A DNA stretch of 64,000 bases from Diadema antillarum (Eukaryota): the NCBI RefSeq assembly GCF_040938485.1, contig NW_027271016.1, positions 1,612,001 through 1,676,000 of the forward strand. The letters are read 5' to 3'. This document shows, in pieces, positions 1 through 11,300 of this stretch; position 1 is the stretch's first letter, and every line of letters starts with the position of its first letter. A model generated the notes under the pieces. That model was given only the letters and a program-made list of their open reading frames with translations, was not told the origin of the DNA and ran no database searches. The translations under genes were made by a program, and so were the position numbers.

Positions 1-928
1 AGCTGACCATTCGGTGTAGCGTGTACTTGTGCCACGCCCGTCGGCAAAGCAATTGGTACTTCAGTTTCTGTTTTGTCATCGTAGCTTTGGAGTGACTATA
101 CAAAAAGCATAATGACCATGACGTTGTTGAGTGACCTGCGAGCCATTTAGCCCCCTTCTATTATCGCAAAAGTTTTGCGTAAGTGAAGTTAAAAAAGACT
201 AATCCAATGCCTCACCGAAGGACGTCATGCGGGCTGATGACATAAATTCTGGTCAACTTAGACAACAATAGTTTCAAATGCCCCCGAGGGCCTCAACTAG
301 TTATTCAGAAACAGGATTTGATTCGTATAGGTGAAAAAAGGTAAACAACAACAACAAAATCAATAAATGCTTTGCGACTTTTCCGTCACAGGAAACTTGT
401 CACGAACAATAGGAAATGACAAGCCCTCTTTTACCATTGTTATCAGTGGCGGATGAATATCAATCGGTGGCAGGCTTCACGAATACGCTTTATATGAATA
501 TTCACGATGGGGGCGTGTCTGTATCTGAGTGGGTGTTTCTCTCCTCTCTATGCCTCCATGATTCTGTGGAAGTTGGGATCGCAAATTAGCATACGATTCC
601 GGTAGGAATCCAAAGAATTGCTTAGGCTGGAAGACAAGGGAGAAAAAGGCGAGAGGGACAGAGGGGGACAGAAGCGTGTATTCTGAGAGTGGATCTCTAT
701 TGAAAAGAAGGAATAGGCCCGAGCCGTATGTGTCTGTGATACACAGGCGGCTTGTTGACTGTGTGAACGATAGCGACTGGTCCTGCTGAGCTGTTGCTTG
801 GTGCGACTACACACCCTTTCGTGCAGGGTGCATTTTATTCGACACCGTACTTCCCTGTTGCGATATCTCGTCAGCTTGGCGTAAATTGGCACCAACTCTG
901 TCGGAGAGAGACCGACGACTTTCTCAAG

Positions 929-998
929 ATGGTTCTACCTCGGGCACGGGGTCCAGTACTCCTCATCGTCTTGCTGACGATCGGGGGAAGATGTTCAG
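929..998 (+). CDS. DUOX: DUOX exon 1 (signal peptide)
   Basis: ATG then [23 protein letters not shown] (basic N-region, hydrophobic core), donor CAG|gtaagt, phase 1 matches the downstream exons; followed by a 10.3 kb intron. Confidence 0.75.
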
Positions 999-3900
999 GT
1001 AAGTTATGTAGTCATCACGACAACTTGTTGGCCTATATGTCACTCCCGTTACGAAACTTGACTTATCACAACCATTATTCTCTCACCCGTGCCAGGCAGC
1101 TCCTTAAGATAGTTTGTTTTGTACTGATGATATTATAATTCGGATCGAGCCAGCTACAATACGCAGTTTCAGTTCTCACGTATATGAATATATGAATATA
1201 CAAACACACTTTCACAGTGTAAACACATACGATGCATAAATTGTGCAAGCATGCATGTGCATGTAAAAACTTAAAAAAACAAAAATCAGCATTCAGTTTC
1301 CATTCATATATATGACCCATTGCACAAGTTTTTGATGTGAATGCTCTCAACACCGCTATTTCGTATTTACTTGCATGATGTACATTTTATGTACTCTAAC
1401 GTAATGTACTTTGAATACGTTATACTTCTGTATGATGAATGATAATCTGTCCTGAGAACACCTGTTTCATCACACTGCAATACCACAGTGATATACTGTA
1501 TAAAGAAACATGAACTTTGGAAAAGTTTTTGCTCCACATGTTAATTGCTATGCTGACAGTCCGACAACCAGTAAAGCGTAGGCCTACCAATGGATGAAAG
1601 TGGATGAAAGTGGTATATCTACTCTGTTATAGTCCAGCAAGTGTCCAAATTGTAGGGGATGTCTTTTTCGTATCATTATGATCACGCGCCAGGGCATCTT
1701 ACCCTGAGGATCACTGCCGCCATAAACTCAGTCCTTTTAATGAGAAATGATTTTAGATGTATCAGCGTGTTCCATATCGGTATTGAGAAATGAAAACAAA
1801 GTGGAGACACGTTTATGGAATGCAGTACTGTTCAGGTGTGAAACAGATAAATTCATCAGAAGAAAAAAGAAAGAAAGTGAACATTTAAGAAATAACGCAG
1901 CATTAAAAAAAAAGTATGTAAAATGAAGTCGAGATACTACGGCAACGGATTAACTTTACGTAATAGAAAACGATCAGAGAGGTAACATGAAGCGGAAGTG
2001 ATTCATTTTTTCTTTCTTTCCATTCCTCTTCTGGAAAGTGCTGAATTCGCAGCTGGCAGGTTCCATACTCTGTGCAGATTTCGTAACCCGATCCTTCAAG
2101 TGGTACAGCACAGAGCGGAAACGAGTTTTAAGTGCTATTATAGTATTCAATGCATGTCCAATAATCAAATGTCGTATGAAGAGCGAGGTGTAGCAGAGAG
2201 GGGCAACAGTTCAAAGCGAAAAATAAATGGTAAATTCAAGATCTATCGTCGATTTTGGTACATGTATGTAACGGGGAGGAAGCAAGTTCCGCTTGATCAC
2301 ATATTCCAAATTACAATTGCGCGACATGTTCATTTTGTTTTATTTTTCAAGTTATAATACAATGCACAGATGCAGACAGACACACACACACATGAACATT
2401 CATGGTTCTGTGCATACTGAAAAAAAAAGCTAATAAGCAAAAATCAACCTTGGACTAACAGTACGTTGGCTGGTAGTCACATTCCTGTGCCTTCTTGCTG
2501 AAAAGTAATCATTGTTCCATGTTTATTTCCGTACGTTTTTACACTTCATACCAAAAGCGATCATGTTTAACTGACAAAATGGATACCGAACGAGACATTA
2601 AAATTACTGATGCTCAATCATCATGACACGAACTTAAAGATGAGTGACTGGATGCATTAAACTGGCGATGCTCGCGGAAGTCTCCCAATGTTTATCTAAT
2701 CTATTTATTGACATACCTTCATGGATGAATGTTAAATTTTGCCTGTAATATATCCTGTCAATTCATTCCTTCTTCTTTTCAGTGTCTTTAAACAGAATTT
2801 GATGTGGGATAGCTGTCTATCCGAGTAACAAATCCCAATCTTAGAGAAACAGGCTCAGAGTTCATGTTTTTCTCTCCCCTTCCACCAATCGGAGTAGACT
2901 ATCAATCCACTCCATGCCATGCGAGACAGCCACGGCTCACCGACCATAACTCCCCGTGCAAGTCGCTGTTATTTCCGTCTTGGGCATGGCGTATGTGCAT
3001 TGTGAGCAAGAACTTATAGCAAGGCAGACCCACTGAAACTTTGTAAACTCACTCGGGCAGACTCAACCTCGACATAATGGCCTAAATACCAGCTTGTAGC
3101 TTGCCCAGCGTAGTCATTCAGGACTTCACAATGCAAGAATGCAAGAAATAGCTTTCTGTGTCGTGATCAACACGAAGGAGTTGTTTTCTACTACTATAAT
3201 ACTCGAAGTTGTTGTTGTTGTCGCGGCCTTATGTATTTCCTGTTTTATTTCGGCGTTGCTGGTTTGTCTATCACCTCCCGAGCCGTCGGCTCCAGGCAGC
3301 TGCGACCGGTGCCGTCGGCCGCAGGAGAGTATCCTACATCGAATGGCGCGGGTTTCGTCCCCTCTCCGCCTCCGTGTCGACGTCGAGGACGAAAAAGAAA
3401 AATTAATTAGCCACATGCATAATGCATTTTTGTGCGTGACGAAAGAGCCGGCCGAGCGTTTCAATATTCACGGAACCTGCGCTGGCCTCCTACTTTCTCG
3501 ATCTTCCATCTTTTAGCTTGCAGAGACACTGGGGGATACTAAAGATGATGGTGCAGCGAAATCTCTGACATCTTCCGGCGGACGCGCACGCACACACACA
3601 ATGTACCTCGCAGAACTCTACACACTCTACACTGTGTGTATAGTTCTGTGATGTACCTTTGCCTCCGCCTGTTACGTGTACTGAATGTATTGACGATGGT
3701 TACACGAATCTGTGTGTGCGTGATATGGACTACACGGGCATTTACGTACAGTTCGCCATTATTGGCGTCCCCAAATGAAAACAACGAACGTTGTTATGTA
3801 ATTGTATTTTGCACAACTGCAGAATACTATATGCAGCTCAGGTACGTCATTTAGTTTGCTCGCCGTTTGCTCTCAAGTCCGATGTCATTGTACGCAGACT

Positions 3901-4320
3901 GTTTAGGACGCGGCTAAATCTATTTGCCGATCGTACCCTTCCATATCAGATTACACGCGCAGCTGTGTCCATTCGTTTACTGCAGAGCTGCTGTAATCAT
4001 ACATATTCATAAGATGAGCGGACGTAGAGGAAAACCTCGCTTTGCCGACCGCCTATTTTTAAAATTGGAAGTGGAAATAGAATGTGTGGTTCTATGGTCT
4101 ATCAAACCAAGTTTTGGTGACAAAAAAAAGAGGGAGCAAATGAAGACGAATGCAGTGATGTATATATTCTTCTTTCTTCCATAACATGGGAAAAATATTA
4201 AAGAAAAAAAAATACGAGGTCGTGAGACCCTACTCCCACGGGTGCCTATTAAACCTGATGACTATGATCTCCCCCTCCCCAAATAATAACAATGATAATA
4301 ATAATAATAATAATATTAAT

Positions 4321-4351
<31 letters not shown>

Positions 4352-5346
4352 ATAAGGATAATGATAATAATAATATAATAATAACTATAATAGGAGCAAT
4401 AATTGTAGGCCTAATATTGATTATGATAATGTACAGTCTGAAGCAGATGTAGTTCTATATGATATATCAAGCCAAGTTTTGGTGATTAAAAACAAAAAGG
4501 AGGGAGCAAAATTATGAAGACGAAAATATCTTATTTTTCTCTCATAACGTGGGGAAAAGAAACATGAAAAAAAAAACCACAAAACAAACCGAGGCCTTGA
4601 GACCAGCCGTGGATTCCCGCGGGTGCCCGCGTGGATGCAAGAGCAGGGGGTAATCAAAGTCATAGTGTTAATATCTTCCCGTTTCGACGGGAACAACCTG
4701 TGGGCAGAACTTTCGGGGAATCTCATTTGCGTTTTTTGGTAATTGTCCCTGAATGTTTTTATTTTTTGCCCTGCGGAGGTGGAAATGTGTGTGTGCGTGA
4801 GGGGTGAGGGGCAACAAGACAACTGTTGGACTTCAACGGGTGCAAATAACCCCTCGAAACTCAAGTTCTATAATAAAAGCAAGTAGTGGCGGGAATGATC
4901 CCTACCAATGGACCGGATCGCCGGGCATATACTACAAAAATGTATTATAACATTTCTGGGAAAGGTGGTCATTTAGAAGACAGCACATTAACGAAAGAAT
5001 GAGAAGACTTTTCTTTTTATTTCTTCAATAAAAATGTGCAAAATCGTATTATGAGAAAAAAAAAATAAAACCCCTCAGACCCGTGGATTTCCACGGGTGC
5101 TTCTAGTAATAATATAACCAGGGAGGTTCCACCTCCCCGCCGCCACCCATCCCACACGTACGGACTTTTGATGGGTGAGAACTTTTCCGTGTATTGTGAT
5201 GAGATTCCTCGGCTAGGAGTGTAATAACGTTTTGATTTAGTGAAAGCCGCCCTTTCGAAATCGAAGAATGTGGCTCGTTGCAAGTTAAATTACGAAAACT
5301 TTGATCTGGTGTAAATAGAACGCCTTTCTGCTTTTGACCTTCGCAC

Positions 5347-5388
<42 letters not shown>

Positions 5389-8300
5389 TTAGGAGTAGTA
5401 CCGCCGCTTCGAGGTAGTGAGTCCGCCATTGTATATCAAATGCTGAATTCCTTTGCCTGGTGGTTACCATACATTACACACTTATTACGAGCGAGTGTTC
5501 GTGTATGGAATAATACGTAAATCGTCGCTGATGTAAGCCGTCAACTGATATTTGAGACGTTAACTCTACATCAGCGAACCATATGATTAGCCGCGACAGA
5601 AAACGAAAGTAGAGGCCAGTTCACATTACTAATTAGTTATGAAACTCAATGACCTTTGAAACGCAGACTTTCAAAAACATGGGATTAATCTTTTAATCAG
5701 AGCAGCAGTTGAAAGCAACCAAAGCACGTGCTATGTGAATGGCTTTTGTAATTTGGTTGAAAAGAATACGCATTCACCTGTTCGTTCTGATGATTGCACC
5801 TAGTTCAACCTGAATATTCTATAACATATAGTTTTCATTGTCTTATTCAAGGCGCGAAAATGTTCATAAAAGAACCTCAAATACATGTACCTTTATTTAG
5901 AGCAGAAAATCTGCAAAAATGCATGTTGACTAGATGGCCAATAGAGGGAGTTGGCAACTAGCTGGCGTCCGGTTTCCGTCTGAGGGCAAATCTATTATAC
6001 TCAACTATGTATTACCGGAAGTGATCGCGCGCCCAATACCCATCGAAAGAGCAGAACGATAGGAAATGTGACTTGATTCGAAGTCATTAAAGTATCAAGT
6101 TAATCCATCAAGAACATAGCACGCGCACGCGCACAATTTACCACGGTTTTAAAAGTTACGTATGTGTGGAGGATGACCATAAAAACTTAAGATAACTTTT
6201 CGCGAACAGGAATAGTTTCTTTGTCCCAAAGTGCCATAGGAAGATGAATAGAGAAAGACTCCAGCCTCGACCCGATTTGAGCACGTCACTCCCGAAGGCC
6301 GATTTCGTGGACTGAATTTATTTCCACAATAGGCTAGAACTATTGCTGTTCTCCGCCACAGCTTTAGCTTGTGTCACCCTGCTTACTGGCCTGAATCACG
6401 CCAGCGAACAGCTTATTGTTGTTGTGGACTGGGCATTGTATAGAAAATATTCCTGAATAGATAGGTGCGTTGCAGCTTAGTGCATTGCCATTAAGTTGGA
6501 CTGTACCCAAGTTGAATTTACACATCAGCAACAAATCAGTTTTGTCCCCATTTTTCCAAACAGAACGACAATATGAGGATTGGTTAGTTCTAACTGCTGA
6601 TCTTACACATGGACTGAAATATCATCTTTACAACGAGTTTGAATTATTAACGTCGCTTGTGACGTCACACACATTGTCCTCTAGCACCCATGTTTAAGAA
6701 ATAAACCAAGTCAATGCAAATATTAATCCGAAAAAACAACATTTGGTTGAAGCTTTTTCTAAAAGCCTCCCGACATGTTTTGCAAATTTTAGTCAAATCT
6801 TTCAATTAGATGCACCCCATCCCCTTACACTTATAGCCATGGAAATAAGAAACAAAGCAAAATAAAAAAAAGAGGAGAAGAAGGAGGAGGAGGAGGAGAA
6901 GGAGAAGACGAAGGAGAAGAAGAAGAAGAAGAAGAAGAAGAAGAAGAAGAAGAAGAAGAAGAAGAAGGGCAACAACCATCGATAAACACGGTTTCACCCG
7001 GACGAGCTAGACGTACCTTATCATACCGCCAACAGATGGCGCCAGTGATCACACTCCGATAGAGGTCCCGTTTCAATAATAAAATCGCAACGGCCTTTAC
7101 ACTCGGATAACTCCGTGTTGCAGTGTCATTTCAATACCAATGTAACTTCAGTCGACAGGTTGTTAAAGTTTAACCGTGAACATTTCAATAAGAATCGCGT
7201 TTAGACTAAGTTATATTACCATGTTTTTATTTCATTCAGAATGATACATTTTTATATATTTTTTTTTCAAAAGTCTGCCAGTAAGCCAGTAACATTTTGT
7301 CAGGTTAGTCAACACGTTATCTTCGTTCTTGCAAAATACAATGACACGTTTATTGTCAAGTTCCGACTGACAACATGTCTTGTTGCAATCACTGGTAGAA
7401 AACACCAATATCGCTTTACAACTCTGTTATAGCGTTAAGTATAGTACCTTAATATGTGATATTTCACAATTGTTATAAAGTTGTCTTTCATAATTGGTTA
7501 ACATGCAGTACTTCAAGCGTAAATAACTGAAAATAAACGATAAAGACAAGAAAACACGTGTGTGCAGGAATGATATCGAGGCATGCGATGTATTAGTTTT
7601 ACGGACATTCGGCCCTCTCTCAGCAATCGATATCAATCAATATCATCGAAAGAAACCTGCACCCTTTGTTATTGTCACGTTCTACTTTATTGAACGGCCT
7701 GTAAGTTGCAGACAGGATTACGCTACGGTTCTTTCCTCAGCAAGTATGTCTGCATCTACCCTCTAAATCACTACCCTGCATTATTTGTGCGTGGAATTTC
7801 ACGCAAAATCTTCTGCAACAGCAAATAAACTTTACCAAGTACGATAACTGCATATGCCAGAATAGACAGTAACTGCAGCCATTTTTGTATCGTATTGTAT
7901 AATCTGTGATTTTGCTTGATTTGGATCACGTATACTTTGGGTCCGATCGTATTTTCCAACCTTGAATTTTGGCACGGGGATCCCGGGCAAGATCATGTAT
8001 GATTATAGATGAAAGTAAGCTTTTATTTCCCTCAAGTAAGGACTAAATCTAAGAAGTTAATGGAGTGAAACCGCTCAAATTTGTAGAGAAAAATCAAATC
8101 GTGACCCATGATGTTGCCCAGCGTGCAATCCCAACGTGTGAAAGTCACTATTACAGCCACCAGTAGTATAGACCTCTCTGAAATGAAATCTACCCTCAAG
8201 AGTCAATATCAATTCAAGTCATATTAGTCTTCACCTAGGATTTTACATTATGGTGTATTTACATGGATATTTCGATCTTTATTTTCGCCTTTGATGTGTT

Positions 8301-11300
8301 TGTCATCTATGACCTGCTAAAAGCAACAGCCTTCAAATTACATACCGGAAATTATTACCATTACCACACCCACGATGGTATTAGATGGTGAAAACACGCG
8401 CGACAGTCTTCATCAACAGACTTTGTTGTCCATCTTTCATAGAACAGTTGGCCTTTACTCGAGAGGAAAATATCAGCAATCCGTGCGAAAAACCACCATG
8501 ATAATTCGTTTCTCATCGGCAGACCATGTGCTGAAAAAAAAACCCCCAAACCTCACAACATTCACTCACAATTCTTAGTCCGATTTCGTCACCAAAACAT
8601 TATAATCGTATTTTATCAAGACCGCACTTTCCTCGTCCTCGAATAACTCAACACGGTCAAATATTGGAGGACAAATTCCAGCACCCCTTTTTGCAAAACA
8701 AACACCAGATAAAGTCGTGAGAGAAAATAACACACAAAGGAATAAAGAACTGCCCGCAAGGTGGCGCAAAACTTCTCGAAAAGCAGTGCACAGACAGAAA
8801 CGCAATCTAACATTGGTTACGCGCATCAACATCGTATGATTATCCAACAGTTATGTAACTACCATCCACGGGAATAATCAACGAAGCGTGTTTTTTTTTT
8901 TCAAGCTAGCCCTTATTTTGGGAAAGGATAGCAGTTTATCCGTTAGTTATGTGTGTGGAGACCAAGAATGCAAATTCCTTTTGCAGCTTCTTTGCGTTGT
9001 TTTAGAAATAGTACAGACGGTTGGTCTTTTCAACGCCCTAAATATGCGCGAAGAAACGTGGACGAAAAGTGATAGATTCTGAGGGGAGATGAATTCAAAC
9101 GGACTGGAATTCAAGTGCATTTTTCAAATCTACCAACTAACAGCCACTGATCACAATACATCTCAATGATACGTAGGTCAAACGCCTGCAGAGGGGATTG
9201 TATATTCTACCGTTGTTATGGAAACGGAGCAAGCAGAAGGTGAGGTGAAATTTTGGCGGATATATGACAACCCAGACACCTCAAATCGAATTCGCTATCG
9301 TGTATATACCAATCTGTGAAATCAGGCTCCAATGTCACGTCAAAATGCTGTATAACTGCATAATATTATCTGTCTTATTCTGTGATAACCTGTCAGTTCC
9401 TAAGGTGAAGGGACAAATGGAAGTTTCTCTAGCGTCATAATGCAACAGTACATAATGTCCTGATAGAATGCTTTGTGATTGGTTGGATTGGCACCACGTG
9501 ACATTTATAGTTCTCGTTTTATGAGAGCTGTCTGTCTTTCCCTATGCCCTTTTCGCACTCTTGCGGGGGAAGTGTGTAAAGTATAATGTTATCAATGGTA
9601 TTCCCACACTTCATTTTGTACTACAACAAATATGGCACGTGTTTCCAAACCTATATTGGACGAAAAGTATGCAAAACAAAACATAGTAAGTCCTCGTTCA
9701 TCTCTAGGCCTTCTCTGGCCCCTCCTGTCATGCCGCAATGAAGCTCTGCTCGGACTTTACATTGTACAAAGAGGCACTAATTTTGTTGCGCGATTTATAC
9801 ACAATTATTCTCGTATATCATAGTGTATTCGAAATCGTGCCCAATTTGTAATCGTATATACTGAGCCTACGTGGTCCCAACTTCTCTCGTAGCCTCCCCC
9901 CTTCTCTCTCACCACCCCCACCCCCTCCCCTCCGCTCCCCCACCCCTCCCCCTCCTCTTTCTCTTCGGGTATATGTATTCATGTATGAATCTTTGTAATA
10001 TGTGTACATACTATTGCATGTGTATGTGTGATTGGTGGATGCAGATGTACAGAAACATCACCATTAAGAGAGAAAGAGAAGAAGTATACAGTNNNNNNNN
10101 NNNNNNNNNNNNNNNNNNNNNNNNNNNNNNNNNNNNNNNNNNNNNNNNNNNNNNNNNNNNNNNNNNNNNNNNNNNNNNNNNNNNNNNNNNNNNNNNNNNN
10201 NNNNNNNNNNNNNNNNNNNNNNNNNNNNNNNNNNNNNNNNNNNNNNNNNNNNNNNNNNNNNNNNNNNNNNNNNNNNNNGCACTGTCATCCCTGAAGAAGA
10301 GGAAGGATCCTCGAAAATTCGGATTATTCATTAAATCAAGATTGGCTATTAATGCATTCCCTGCATTCCTCTGTTGTGACTTTATTATTGCTATGTATAT
10401 ATATATATATATATATATATGTCTGCTTTCTTGTCTTGTTTATGGAATTTTCGTTTTTCTCGCTCAGCAGCAGGAGTACATGTATATCCGAATGATTGTG
10501 TTATGTATCTTCAAACTATTGATATAGCATGTTGCACCAAATCTCTCTTCTTCAAAATATGCAATTTATATCATGCAAGTCTGAAAGCAAAGAGTAATGA
10601 TCCAACAACAATGTGAGATTCAAAGTGATCGCCGCATTTTATTTAACCCCATAAACTTGGCACTGCAAAAGGAACATTTTCGTAACTCGTTTATGGCACA
10701 GATTTCCTTTTGATGCATGTCACATCAGGTTCCTGGTAAACAATGGATTAATTCCAATCGTATTATTCCATGCTCTCAACCCTCTGCCACATTTGGCAGT
10801 CGGAAGATCAAATCTTCAATTATACCCTTCCGTAATTTTGGGCTATTATATATGATTTTCGTCTTTCTCTTCTTTTATGTGCACCTCATAACATCATATA
10901 TATACGATGATTTCATCACGATATACAGTTTTCATTTCTTTTAATCATATAAATCGTATAAAATCGGTTTTTTAAACCTTTGTTGTTTTAAGTTTTTTCT
11001 TTTGTTTGTTGCTCCTATTCATTTTGAGGTCATTTTTAAATCATGTGTGCGAAAATTTATTAATTTTTCATAATCATGATTGTTTATGTTACATCATTAT
11101 AATATTCACGTACTCACAGCATTTATTTTGAAGTCTGATATCACTACCGCAATATTCGTATTCTCATTTCTTCCGAAGTCGAGCAAACAAACCAACAACA
11201 AAAAAATTATTTTGTTTTCATGTACCATTTTTTGGTATACAAAGCATCGTTTCTCTGACCAAAGAGATTGTGTCAGATTGTACTCAAACTTTTGTAAATA

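Noticed and set aside
1-626. DUOXA coding sequence expected head-to-head with DUOX
   Set aside because: No DUOXA-like peptide is recognisable in the - strand frames here; if present it lies outside the window.
3126-3516. Overlapping 112-125 aa ORFs in a GC-rich block of intron 1
   Set aside because: No recognisable domain, and frames from the nearby acceptor hit stops; more consistent with UTR or regulatory DNA.
4186-7076. Poly-Asn, poly-Leu and poly-Ser ORFs
   Set aside because: Artefacts of the (AAT)n and (GAA)n microsatellites.
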